In this document: positions 18,501 through 32,200 of the stretch, in pieces
How positions within the stretch are numbered: position 1 is the first letter of the stretch
Layout of the letters: every line of letters begins with the position of its first letter
Assembly: GCF_009914755.1 (NCBI RefSeq)
Contig: NC_060943.1
From: the human T2T-CHM13v2.0 reference genome, Homo sapiens
Strand: one strand, 5' to 3'
Length of the DNA: 64,000 nt
Translations under genes and position numbers: made by a program
Notes under the pieces: generated by a model
What the model was told of the DNA's origin: nothing
The model's input: the letters and a program-made list of their open reading frames with translations, nothing else
The model's database searches: none

Positions 18501-21500
18501 TCTATTGAGGAGTTTGGAAACAGTCTCTTTTTAGTATCTTCAAATGGATATTTCGAGTGCTTAGAGGCCTATAGAGGAAAAGGAAAAATTTTCACAAAAA
18601 AACTAGACACAGGCATTCTGAGAAACTTCATTGTGAGGTGTGCATTCATCTCACAGAGTTTGACTGTTCTTTTGATTGAGCTGTTTTGAAACAATCTTTT
18701 TGTAGAATCTGCAAGTGCATATTTGGAGTGCTTTGCAGCCTATGGAGGAAAGCTAATATCTTCACCTGGAAACTAGACAGAAGCCTTCTGGGAAACTTCT
18801 TTGTGATGTGTGCATTCACCTCACAGAGTTGAACCTTTCTTTTGATTGAGCAGTTTTGAAACACTCTTTTTGTAGAATCTGCATTTGGATATTTGCAGTG
18901 ATTTGAAGCCTACGGTGGAAAAAGAAATGTCCTCATATAAAAACTAGACAGAAGCTTTCTGAGAAACTTCTTTGTGATGTGTGCATGCACCTCAGAGAGT
19001 TGAACCTTTCTTTTGATTGAGCAGTTTTGAAACACTCTTTTTGTAGAATCTGCAATTGGATATTTGCAGTGATTTGAAGCCTATGGTGGAAAAAGAAATG
19101 TCTTCATATAAAAACTAGACAGAAGCCTTCTGAGAAACTTCTTTGTGAGGTGTGCATTCAACTCACAGAGTTGAACCTTTCTTTTGATTGAGCAGTTTGG
19201 AAACCGTCTTTTTGTAGTATATGCAAATTGATATTTTGAGCACTTTGAGGCCCATGGTGGAAAAAGAAATATCTTCACATAAATACTAGACAGAAGCCTT
19301 CTGAGAAACTTCTTTGTGATGTGTGCATTCATCTCACAGAGATGAACCTTTCTTTTGATAGGGCAGTTGTGAAACACTCCTTTGTAGAATCTGCAAGTGG
19401 ATATTTGGAGCGCTTTGCGGCCCATAGTGGAAAAGGAAATATCTTAACATAAAACCAGACAGAAGCATTCTGAGAAACTTCTTTGTGGTGTGCCTTTATC
19501 TCACTAAGTTGAACATTTCTTTTGATTGAGCAGTTTTGAAACAGTCTTTTTGTAGTATCTGTAAATTGATATTTCAAGCGCTTCAAGGCCTATGGTGGAA
19601 AAGCATATATCTTCATATAAATACTGGACAGAAGGATTCTGAGAAACTTCTTTGTGATGTTTGCATTCATATCATAGAGTTGAACCTTACTTTTCACTCA
19701 ACAGTTTTGAAACACTCTGTTTGTAGAATGTGCAGGTGGATATTTGGAGCGCTTTGCAGCCTATAGTGGCAACGAAAATATCTTCACATAAAAACTAGAC
19801 AGAAGCATTCTGACAAACTTCTCTGTGATGTGTGCATTCAACTCACAGAATTGAACCTTTCTTTTGGTTAAGCAGTTTAGAAGCAGTCGTTTTGTGGAAT
19901 CTGCAAAGGGATATTTGTGAGCCCATTGAGGCCTCTGGGGAAATAGGAAATATCTTCTCATTAAAACTAGACAGAACTTTCTGAGAAACTGCTTTGTTAT
20001 GTGTGTTTTCACCTCAAAAGGTTAAACCTTTCTTTTGATTGAGCAGTTTTGAAACAGTCTTTTTGTAGAAACTGCAAATAGATATTTGGAGCCCTTTGAA
20101 GCATAAGGTGAAAAAGGAAATATCTTCCCATAAAAACTATTCAGAAGCATTCTGAGAAACTTCTTTGTGACGTGTGCATTCATCTCACAGAGTTGAACAT
20201 TACATCTGATTGAGCAATTTGGAAACAGTCGTTTTGTGGAATCTGCAAAGGGATATTTGTGAGCCCATTGAGGTCCCTGGGGAAAAAGGAAATATCTTCA
20301 CATTAAAACTAGACAGAAACTTTCTGAGAAACTTCTATGAGATATGTGCTTTCAACTCACAGATTTGAAACATTCTTTTGATTGAGCAGTTTGGAAATAG
20401 TCTTTTTGTAGATTCTGCAAATGGACATTTGGATGCTTTGAGGCCTATGGTGAAAAAGGAAATACCTTCCCATAAAAATTAGGCAGAAGCATTCTGACAA
20501 ACTTTTATTTGATGTGTGCACTCATCTCACAGAGTTGAAACTTTCTTTTGTTTGAGCAGTTTTGAAAAAATCTTTTTGTAGAATCTGCAATTTCATATTT
20601 GGAGCACTTTGTGGCCTATAATGGGAAAGGAAATATCTTCACAAAAAAACTAGCCAGAAGCATTCTGACAAACTACTTTGGATGTGTGCATTCATCTGAG
20701 GGAGGTGAATCTTTCTTTTCATTGAACAGTTTTGAAACACTCCTTTTGTAGAATCTGCAAGCAGATATTTGGAGTGCTTTGAGACCTATGGTGGAAAAGT
20801 AAATATCTTCACATAAAAAGCTAGACAGAAGCATTCTGAGAAACTTCTTAGTGATGTGTGCATTCATCTCACCGAGTTGAAACTTTCTTTTGATTGAGCA
20901 GTTTGGAAACAGTCTTTTTCTAGAATCTGCAAGTAGATATTCGGAACGCTTTTTGTTGTATAGTGGAAAAGGAAATAACTTCACATAAAAACTAGACAGA
21001 AGCAGTCTGAGAAACTTCTTTATGATGTGTGCATTCAACTCACGGAGTTTAACATTTCTTTTCATTGAGCAGTTTTGAAAAACTCTTTTTGTATTATCTG
21101 CAAGTGGATATTTGGAGCACATTTAGGCCTATGGTTGAAAAGGAAATATCTTCACATAAAAACTAGACAGAAGCATTTTGAGAAACTTCTTGATGTCTGC
21201 ATTCATCTCATAGAGGTGAAACATATTTTTGGTGAGCAGCTTTGAATCACTCTTTTTATAGATTCTGCAAGTGGATATTTGGATCAGTTTATGTTGTGTA
21301 CTGGAAAAGGGAATATCTTCACGTAAAAACTAGACAGAAACATTCTGAGAAACTTCTTTCTTTTGTGTGCATTCAACTCAGAGACTTGAACCTTTCTTTT
21401 GATTGAGCGGTTTGGATACCATCTTTTTAGTGTCTGCAAATTGATATTTGGAGTGATTTGAGGCCTGTAGTAGAAAAGGAAATATCTTCATATAAAAACT

Positions 21501-24500
21501 AGACAGAAGCATTCTGAGAAACTTCTTTGTGATGTGTGCATTCATCTCACAGAGTTGAACCTTTCTTTTGATTGAGCAGTTTTGGATCACTCTTTTTGTA
21601 CAATCTGCAAGTGGATATTTGGAGTGCTTTGAGGCCTATGGTAGAAAAGGAAATATCTTCACATAAAAAGTAGGCAGGAACGTTCTGAGAAACTTCTTTG
21701 TGATGTGTGCATTCATCTTACAGAGTTGAAATTTTCTTTTGGTTGAGCAGTTTTGAAACACACTTTTTGTAGTATCTGCAAGTGGATATTTGGGGCGCTT
21801 TGACGCCTATTGTGGAAAAGGAAATATCTTCACTTAAATACTACAAAGAAGCATTCTGAGAAACTTCTTTGTGATGTGTGCAGTCATGTGTCAAAGCTGA
21901 ACCTTTCTTTTGATTGACCAGTTTGGAAACAGTCTTTTGGTAGTATCGGCAAATGGATATTTGGAGCGCTTTGAGGTCTATGGTGGAAAAGGAAATATCT
22001 TCACATAACAACTAGGCAGAAACATTCTGAGAAACTTCTTTGTGATGTGTGCATTCATCTCAGAGAGTTTAACCATTCTTTTGATTGAGCAGTTTTGAAA
22101 CACTCTTTTTGTTGAATATGCAAATGAATATTTGGAGCTCTATGAGGCCTATAGCTTAAAAGAAAATATCTTCACATAAAAACTACACAGAAGAATTCTG
22201 AGAATCTTCTTTGTGATGTGTGCATTCATCTTCATCTTACAGAGTTGAACATTTCTTTTGATTGAACAGTTTGGAAACACTCTTTTTGTAGAATCTGCAA
22301 GTGGATATTTGGAGCACTTTAAGTACTATGATGGAAAAAATATCTTCACATAAAAATTAGACAGAAGCATTCTGAGGAACTTCTTTGTGATGTGTGCATT
22401 CATCTCACTGCATTGAATGTTTCTTTTGATTGAGCAGTTTGGAAACAGTCGCTGTGTGGAGTCTTCATAGGGATATTTGAGCTCACTGAGGCCTATGGGC
22501 AAATAGGAAATATCTTCACATAAAAATTAGATGGAGTCTTTCTGAGAAACTTCTTTGTGATATGAGCTTTCATCTCACAAAGTTGAAACTTTCATTTGAA
22601 TGAGCAGTTTGGAAACTGTCTTCTTGTAGAAACTGCAAATTGATATTTGGAGCGCTTTGAGGCCAGTGGTGAAAATGGAAATGTCTTCATTTAAAAACTA
22701 GACAGAAGCCTTCCTAGAATCTTCTTTGTGATGAGTGCATTCATCTCACATAATTGAACCTTTCTTTTGATTGAGCAGTTTGGAAATAGTCGTTTTGGAG
22801 AATCTGCAAAGGGATATTTGTGAGTCCATTGAGGCCCATGGGATAATGGGAAATATCTTCACATAAAAACTAGGCAGAAACTTTCTGAGAAGCTGGTTTG
22901 TGAGGTGTGCTTTCATCTCACAGAGTTGAAACTTTCTTTTGAGTGAGCAGTTTAGAAATAGTCTTTTTTTTAGAATCTGCAAATGGATATTTGAGGCACT
23001 TTGAGGCCTATGTTGAATAAGGAACTATCCTCGCTTAAAAACTAGACAGAAGCATTCTGAGAAACATCTTTGTGATGTGTGCATTCATATCATGGCGTTC
23101 AACCTTGCTTTAGATTGATCAGTTTGGAAACAGTCTTTTTGTAGTATTTGCAAAGGGAGATTTTGAGCGTTTTGAGGTCTATGGTGAAAAAGGAAATATC
23201 TTCACATAAAAAGTAGACAAAAGCATTCTGAGAAACATCTTTGTGGTTTGTGCATTCATCTCCCAGAGTTGAAAATTTCTTTTTATTAAGCAGTTTTGAA
23301 ACACTCTTTTTGTAGAAAATGCTACTGGATGTTTGGAGTGCTTTGAGGCCTGTGGCGGAAAAGGGGTATCTTCACATAAAAACCAGACAGAAGCATTCTC
23401 AGAAACTTCTTTGTGATGTGTGCATTCATCTTAGAGAGTTGAATATTTCTTTTGATTGAGCAGTTTGGAAACATTCGTTTTGTAAAATGTGCAAAGGGAT
23501 ATTTGTGAGCCCATTGAGGCTTATGGGAAAATAGGAAATGTCTTCACATAAAAACTTGCCGGAAACTTGTTGCAAAACTACTTTGTGATGTGTGCTTTCA
23601 CCTCAAAGAGTTGAAACTTTCTTTTGATAGAGCAGTTTTGAAATAGTCTTTCTGAAGAATCTGCAAATGGATATTTGGAGCGCATTGAGGCTTATGGTGA
23701 GGAAGGACATATTTTCACATAAAAACTCGACAGAAGCATTCTGAGAAATTCTTTGTGATGTGTGCATTCATCTCTCAGAGTTCAAACTTTCTTTTGATAG
23801 AGCAGTTTGGAAACAATCTTTTTATAGTATCTGCAAAGTGATATGTGGAGCACTTGGAGGCCTGCATTGAAAAAGGAAATATCATCAAATAAAAACTAGA
23901 CAAAAGCATTATGAGAAACTTCTTTGTGAGGTGTGCATTCATCTCATAGAGTTGAACTATTCTTTTGATTAAGGAATTTTGAAACACTCTATTTGTAGAA
24001 AATGGAACTGGATATTTGGAGTGCGTTGAGGCCTGTGGTGGAAAAGGAAATATCTTCACATAAAAACTAGACAGAAACTTTCCGATAAATTACTTTGAGA
24101 CGTGTGCTTTCATCTCACAGAGTTGAAAATTTCTTTTGATTGAGCTGTTTGGAAGCATACTTTTCATAGTAACTGAAAATGGATATTTGTAGCACTTTGA
24201 GTCATATGGGGAAAAATGAAATATCTTCATATAAAAACTACACTGAACCATTGTGGGAAACTTCTTTCTGATGTGTGCATTCATTTCACAGAGTTGAACC
24301 TTTCTTTTGATTGAGCACCTTGGAAACAACCTTTTTGTAGTATCTTCAAAAGGATATTTGGAGTGCTTTGAGGCCTATGGTGAAAAAGGAAATATCTTCA
24401 CAAAAAAACTACAGAAGCATTCTGAGAAACTTCTCTGTGATGTGCGCATGCAGCTCCCAGAGTTGAATCTTTCTTTTGATTGAGCAGTTTTGAAACACTG

Positions 24501-27500
24501 TTTTTTTAGAATCTGCAAGTGGATATTTAGAGCGCTTTGAGGCCTGTGGTGGAAAAGGAAATATCTTCACATAAAAACTAGACAAAAACATTCTGAGAAA
24601 CTTATCTGTGATGTGTGTATTCATCTCAGAGAGTTAAACCTTTCTTATGATTGAGCAGTTTTGAAAACAGTCGTTTTGTAGAATCTTCACAGGGATACTT
24701 GAGAGCCCATTGAGGCCTATGGGGAAATAGGAAATATCTTTGCATAAAAAATAGACAGAAACTTTCTGAGAAACTAATTTGTGATGTGTGCTTTTATCTC
24801 ACACAGCTGAATCTTTCTTTTGATTGAGAAGTTTTGAAAGAGTCTTTTTGTAGAATCTGCAAGTGGAATTTTGGAGCACTATGAGGCCTGTGGTGAAAAA
24901 GGAAAAATCTTCATAGAAAAACTAGACAGAAGCATTGTGAAAAACTTATTTGTGATGTGTGCATTCGACTCACAGAGTTGAACCTTTCTTTTGATTGTGC
25001 AGTTTGGAAACAGTCTTTTTGTACAATCTGCAACTGGATATTTGGAGCCCTTTGAGGCTTATGGGGAAAAGGAAAATATCTTCATATAAAAACTAGACAG
25101 AAGTATTCTGAGAAACTTCTTTGTGATGTGTGCATTCATCTCACAGAGTGGAACATTTCTTTTGATTGAGCAGTTTGGAAACTGTCATTTTGTAGAAACT
25201 GCAAGTGGATATTTGGAGTTATTTGCAGCCTAAGGTGGAACAAGGAATATCTTCATGTGAAGACGAGAGAGAGGCATTCCTAGAAACTTCTTTTTGATGT
25301 GTGCATTCATCTCACAGAGTTGAACATTTCTTTTGATTGAGAAGTATGGAAACAGTCTTTTTGTAGAATCTGCAAAGGGATGTTTGTGAGTGCATTGAGG
25401 CCTATGGGCAAACATGAAATATCTTCACATAAAAACTAGAAAGAAACATTATGAAAAACTTCTTGGTGATGTGTGCTTTCATCTCACACAGTTGAAACTT
25501 TCTTTTCATTGAGCAGTTTTTACACAGTCTTTTTGTGGAATCTGCAAATGGATATTTGGAGTGCTTTGAGGCCTATCATGAAGAAGGAAATATCTTCACA
25601 TAAAAACCATACAGAAGCATTCTGGGAAACTTCCTTGTGTGCCTTCATCTCAGAGAGTTAAACCTTTCTTATGATTGAGCAGTTTTGGAAACAGTCGTTT
25701 TGTAGAATCTTCAAAGGGATACTTGAGAGCCCATTGAAGCCTATGGGGAAATAGGAAATATCCTCACATAAAAAAAAAAACAGAAACTTTCTGAGAAACT
25801 AATTTGTGATGTGTGCTTTATCTCACAGAGTTGAACATTTCTTTTGATTGAGAAGTTTGGAAACAGTCTTTTTGTAGAATCTGCAAAGGGATGTTTGTGA
25901 CTGCATTGAGGCCTATGGGCAAAAAGGAAATATCTTCACACAAAAACTAGAAAGAAACATCATGAAAAACTTCTTTGTGATGTGTGCTTTCATCTCACAC
26001 AGTTGAAACTTTCTTTTCATTGAGCAGTTTTTACACAGTATTTTTGTGGAATCTGTAAATGGATACTTGGAGCACTTTGAGGCCTATGGTGAAGAAGGAA
26101 ATATCTTCACATAAAAACCAGACAGAAGCATTCTGGGAAACTTCCTTGAGATGTGTGCCTTCATCTCGGAGAGTTGAGACTTTCTTTTGTTAGACCAGTT
26201 TGAATATAGACTTTTTGTAGAATGTGCAAGTGGATATTTGGAGTGTCTTGAGGCCAATGGTGGAAAAGGAAATATCTTCACATAAAAACTAGATAGAAGC
26301 ATTCTTAGAAACTTCGTTGTGATGTGTGCATTCTTCTCACAGTGTTGAATATTTCTCTTTATTGAGAACTTTGGAAACCGTCCTTTTGTAGAATCTGCAA
26401 AGGGATATTTTTGAGCCCATTGAGGCCTATGAGGAAATAGGAAATATCTTCACATAAAAACTAGTCAGAAACTTTCTGAGAAACTTCTTTGTGATGTGTG
26501 CATTCATCTTACAGTGGTGAACCTTTCTTTTGATTGAGCAGTTTGGAAACCATCTTTTTGTAGTATCTGCATGTGGGTATTTTGAGTGCTATGTGGTCTA
26601 TGGTGAAAAAGCAACTATCTTCAAATAAAAACTAGACAGAAGCATTCTGAGAAACTTCTTTCTGATGTGTGCATTCATCTCACGAAATTGAACCTTTCTT
26701 TTGATTGAGCAATTGGGAAACAGTCTTTTTGTAGTATCTGCAAGTGTATATTTGGAATGATTTGAGGCCTATGGTGAAAATGGAAATATCTTCACATAAA
26801 AACTACAGAGAAACATTCTGAGAAACTTCTTTGTGATGTGTGCATTCATCTCATAGAGTTGAAACTTTCTTTTGGTTGATCAGTGTTGAAACACTCTTTT
26901 TGTGAATCTGTAAGTAGATACTTGGAGCGGTTTGAAGCATATGGTTGAAAAGGTAGTATCTTCACATAAAAAGTAGACAGAAGCATTCTGAGAAACTTCT
27001 TTGTGACATGTGCATTCATCTCACAGATTTGAAACTTTCTTTTAATTGAGCAGTTTTCCAAGCAGTCTTTTTGTAAAATCTACACATGGATATTTGGAGC
27101 ACTTTGAGGTCTATGGTGAAAAAGGGACTATCTTCACATTAAAACTAGACAGAAGCATTCTGAGAAACTTCTTTGTGAGGTGTGCATTAACCTCACAGAG
27201 TTGAACCTTTCTTTTGATTGAGCAGTTTTGGAACAGTCTTTTTGTAGTATCTGCAAACGGATATTGTGAGCGATTTGATTCCTACGGTGAAAAAGGAAAT
27301 ATCTTCCCATAAAAACTACACAGAAGAATTGTGAGACACTTCTTTGTGATGTGTGCATTCATCTCACAGAGTTCAACCTTTCTTTTCATTGAGAAGTTTG
27401 GAAACTGTCTTTTTGCAGAATCTGCAAGTGGATATTTGGAGCACTTTGTGGCCTTCAGTGGAAAAGGAAATATATTCACATAAAAACTGGATGGAAGCAT

Positions 27501-28376
27501 TCTGAGAAACTTCTTTTTAATGTGTGCATTCATCTCACAGAGTTGAACATTTGTTTTGATTGAACAGTTTGGAAAGCGTCGTTTTGTGGGATCTGCAAAG
27601 GGATATTTGTGAGCCCATTGAGGCCTATGGGAAAATAGGAAATATTTTCACATAAAAACTAGACAGAAACTTTCTGAGAAACTTCTTTGTGATGTGTACT
27701 TTCATCTCAGAGTTGAAATTTTCTTTTTTTTGAGCAGTTTGGAAATGTCTTTTTGTAGAGTCTGCAAATGGATATTTGGAGCGCTTTGAGGCCTATGGTG
27801 AAAAAGGAAATATCTTCACATAAAAACTAGACAGAAGCATTCTGAGAAACTTCTTTGGATGTTTGCATTCATCTCACAGGCTTGAATATTTCTTTTGATT
27901 GAGCTGTTTGGAGACAGTCTTTTTGTAGTATCTGTAAATGGATATTTTGAGTGCTTTGTGGCCTATGGTGAAAAACGAAATATCTTCACATAAAAATTAG
28001 ACAGAAGCATTCTGAGAAACTTCTTTGTGATGTGTGCATTCATCTCATGGAGCTGAACCTTTCTTTTGATTAAACAGTTTTCAAACACTCTCTTTGTCGA
28101 ATCTGCAAGTGGATATTTGGAGCACTTTGAGTCCTGTGGTGGAAAAGGAAATATCTTCACATAAAAACTAGGAAGAAGCATTCTGAGAAACTTCTTTGTG
28201 ATGTGTGCATTCATTTCACAGAGGTGAACATTTCTTTTGATTGAGTCGTTTGGAAACAGTCATTTTGTAGAATCTGCAAAGGGATATTTGTGATCCCTTT
28301 GAGGCCTATGGGGAAATAGGAGATATCTTCACATAAAAACTAGACAGAAGCATTCTGAGAAACATCTTTTTGATGT
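12530..28376 (+). repeat. Monomeric alpha satellite, block 2b
   Basis: 171-bp periodic alphoid in conventional orientation with A boxes (CTATGGTGGAAAAGGAA). Monomer type shifts from AAAACTACACAG (to ~17.7 kb) to AAAACTAGACAG, and GATATTTGTGAGCCCATTGAGG monomers appear after ~19.9 kb. Confidence 0.98.
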
Positions 28377-29260
28377 TGTGTCCAGAATTGGTGGGTTCTT
28401 GGTCTCACTGACTTCAAGAATGAAGCCCCGTACCCTTATGGTGAGTGTTACAGTTCTTAAAGGTGGCGAGTCTGGTGTTTGTTTTTTCTGATGTTCAGAT
28501 GTGTTCTGAGTTTCTTCCTTCTTGTGGTTTTGTAGACTCGCTAGCTCAGGAGTGAAGCTGCAGACCTTCACAGTGAGTGTTACAGCTCTTAAGGCAGTGC
28601 ATCTGGAGTTTTCCATTCCTCCCAGTGGACTCGTGGTCTCGGTCACTTCAGGAGTGAAGCTGCAGAGCTTCACCTTGAGTGTTGCAGCTCATAAAGGCAG
28701 TGTGGACACAAAGAGAGTGAGCACCAGCATTATTTATTGCAAACAGTGAAAGAACAAAGCTTCCACAGTGTAGAAGGGTCCCCAAGCAGGTTGCCACTGC
28801 TGGCTCTGGCAGCCTGCTTTTTATTCTCTTATCTGGCCCCACCCACTTCCTGCTGATTTGTAGAGCCCAGTGGACTGTTTTGACAGGGCACTGATTGGTG
28901 CATATACAATCCCTAAGCTAGACACAAAGGCTCTTCATGTCCCCACCAGATTAGCTAGATAGAGTGTCAACACAAAGTTATCCAAGGCCCCATCAGAGTA
29001 GCTAGATACACGGTGTCGATTGGTGCATTCACAAACCCTGAGCTAGACACAGGATGCTGATTGGTATGTTTACACACTTTGAGCTAGATACAGAGTGCGA
29101 TTGGTATATTTACAACCCCTGGGCTAGACATAAAAGTTCTCCAAGTCCCCATGAGAATAGCTAGATACAGCATGTCAATTGGTGCACTCAAAATCCCTGA
29201 GCTAGACACAGGGTGCTGATTGGTGTGTTTACAAACCTTGATCTAGATACAGAGTGCTCA
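28377..29260 (-). mobile_element. LTR12-family (ERV9) LTR, upstream U3 missing
   Basis: TGTGTCCAGAATTGGTGGGTTCTTGGTCTCACTGACTTCAAGAATGAAGCC is the reverse complement of the LTR12 3' terminus. U5 repeats (TCAGGAGTGAAGCTGCAG) and U3 tandem repeats (GAGCTAGATACAGAGTG..ATTGGTG) are present. At ~0.88 kb, the distal U3 sequence is absent. Confidence 0.93.
28790..29230 (-). promoter_or_regulatory. ERV9 LTR enhancer repeats and promoter (CCAAT/NF-Y motifs, GATA-like motifs, AATAAA TATA-like box)
   Basis: ATTGG (CCAAT on -) at ~28894, 29019, 29060, 29100, 29178 and 29219. Repeated TAGATA. TTTATT at ~28821 (TATA-like) and ~28732 (polyA signal). The layout matches the known ERV9 LTR; activity is not shown. 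Confidence 0.6.
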
Positions 29261-29280
29261 TTATGTGAGCACTGGAAATA

Positions 29281-32200
29281 TATGAAGATATTTCCATTTT
29301 CACCACAGGTCTCAAACTGCTCTCAAATATCCCTCTGCATATTCTGCAAAAAACTGTGTTCAAACTGTTCAATCAAAAGAAATTTTCACCTCTGTGAGAT
29401 GAATGCACACATCACAAAGAAGTTCCTCAGAATTCTTCTGTCTAGTTTTTATATGAAGATACTTCCCTTTTCACCATAGGCCTCAAAGCACTCCAAATAT
29501 CCATTTGAAGATTCCACAAAAAGACTGTTACCAAACTGCTCAACCAGAAGAAAGGTTCAATTCTGTGAGATGAAAGCACACATCACAAAGGGGTTTGGCA
29601 GAAAGCTTCTGTCTACTTTTTATGTGAAGATACTTCTTTTTCACCTGAGGTGGCAAAGAGCTCAGAAATATCCCAATGCAGATTGTACAAAAAGACGGTT
29701 TCCAAACAGCTGAACCAAAAGGAAGTTTCAACTCTGCGAGATGAATGGACACCTCACAAAGAAGTTTCTCAAAAAGTGTCTGTCTAGCTTTTACATGAAG
29801 GTATTTCCTTTTCCACCATATGTCTCAAACTGCTCACAAATATTCCTCTGCAGAATCTACAAAAAGTCTGTTTCCAAACTACTCAATCAAAAGAAAGATT
29901 CAGCTCAGTGAGATGAATGCAAACCCCACAAAGAAGTTTCTCAGAATGCTTCCGTCTAGTTTTTATATGAAGAAATTTCCTCTTCCACCATAGGCCCCAA
30001 AGCACTCCAAATATCCATTCACAGATTCTACAAAAAGACTCTTTCAAAACTTCTCAATCAAAAGAAAGATTCAGCTGTATGAGATGAAAGCACACATCAC
30101 AAAGAAGTTTCTCAGAATGCTTCTGTCTATTTTTTATGTGAAGATATTTCATATTACACCCCAGGCCTCAATGACATCACAATTATTCCTTTGACGATTC
30201 TACAGAAAACTGTTTCCAAACTGCTCAATGAAAAGAAAGGTTCAACTCTTTGAGATGAATGTGCACATCACAAAGCAGTTTCTCAGATTACTTTTGTCTA
30301 GCTTTCATGTGAAGATATTTACATTTTCAACATAGGCTTCAAACCGCTCATAAATATCCATCTCCAAATTCTACAAAAAGACTGTTTCTAAACTGCTAAA
30401 TCAAAAGAAAGTTTCAACTCTGTGTGATGAATGCAGACATCACAAAGAAGTTTCTCAGAAACGTTCTGTCTAGTTTTTATGTGAAGCTATTTCCTATTTC
30501 AACATGGGCCTCAAAGGCCTCGCAAATATCCCTTTACAGATTCTACAAAAAGATTGTTTCCAAACTGCTAAATCAAAATAAAAGTTCAACCCTGTGATAT
30601 GAATGCACACATCACAAAGCAGTTTCTCAGAATGCTTCTGTCTAGTTTCTATGTGAAGATATTTCCATTTTCACAATAGGCACAAAACTGCTCACAGATA
30701 ACCCTCTGCATATTCTGCAAAAAGACTGCTTCCAAACTGCTCAATGAAAAGAAATATTCAACTCTGGGAGATAAATGCAGTCATCACAAAAAAGTTTCAA
30801 AGAAATCTTCTGTTTAGTTTTTATGCGAAAATATTAGCTTTTTCACCATAGGTCTCAAAGAGGTCCAAATATACATTTGCAAATTCCACAAAAAGATGGT
30901 TTCCAAACTGCTGAATCAAAAGAAGATCTCAAGTCTGTGAGATGAATGTACACATCACAAAGAAGCTTCTAAGAATGTTTCTGTCTAGTTTTTATGTGAA
31001 GATATTTCCCTTTTCACCACAAGCCTCAAAGCGCTCCAAATATCAATTTGCTGATACTATAAAAAGACTGTTACAAAACTCCTCAATCAAAACAAAGTCT
31101 CAAGTCTGTGAGATGAAAGCAAATATCACAGAGAAGTTTGGCAGAAAGCTTCCACCAAGTTTTTATTTGAAGATATTTCTTTTTCAACATAGGCTGCAAA
31201 CCACTCAGAAATATAGCTTTGCAGATTGCACAAAAACACTGTATTCTAACTTCTCAAACAAAGGAAAGGTTCAACTCTGAGAGATGAAAGCTCACATCAC
31301 AAAGAAGTTTCTCAGAATCCTTCTGTGTTGTTTTTATGTGAGGATATTTCCTATTTCACCTTGGGCCTGAAAGGTTTCACAAATATCCCTTTGCAGATTC
31401 TAGAAAAAGACTGTCTCCAAACTGCTCAATCAAAAGAAAGGTTCAACTTTGTGAGATGAATGCACACATCACACAGCAGTTTTGCAGAATGTCTCTGTCT
31501 AGTTTTTATGTGAAGATATTTCCATTTTCACCGTAGGCCTCAAACAGCTGAGAAATATCCCTCTACAAATGCTACAAAAACACTGTTTCCAAACTGCTCA
31601 ATTAAACAAAAGGTGCAACAGTGTGAGGTGAATGGACAAATCACAAGGAAGTTGCTCAGAAATCTTCCATTCCTTTTTTATGTGAAGATATTAGCTTTTT
31701 CACTTTAGGCCTCAAAGAGGTCCAAATATCTATATGCAGATACGACAAAAAGACTTTTTTCAAACTGCTCAATGAAAAGAAAGGTTCAACACTGTGAGAA
31801 GAAGGCACAATCAAAAAGAAGTTTCTCAGAATGATTCTGTGAAGTTTTTATGTGAAGATATATCCTTTCCAGCTATAGGCCCCAAAGAACTCCAAATATC
31901 CATTTGAAGATACTACAGAAAGAGTGTTTCCAAACTGCTCAATCAAAAGAAATGTTCAACACTGTGAGTAGAATGCATACATCACGAAGACGTTTCTGAG
32001 AATGCTTCTGTCTAGACTTATGTGAAGATATTTCCTTTTCCACCGTAGGCCCAAAAGCCCCCCAAATATCCACTTGCAGATACTACAAAAAGAGTGTTTC
32101 TAAACTGCTCAAGAAAAAGAAAGGTTGAACTATGTAAGATGAATGTACACATCACAAAAAGTTTCTGAGAATGCTTCTGTCTAGATTTTATGTGAAGATA

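Noticed and set aside
28329-28842. ORFs within the LTR12
   Set aside because: They are chance frames in LTR R/U5 repeats, with no gag, pol or env similarity visible.
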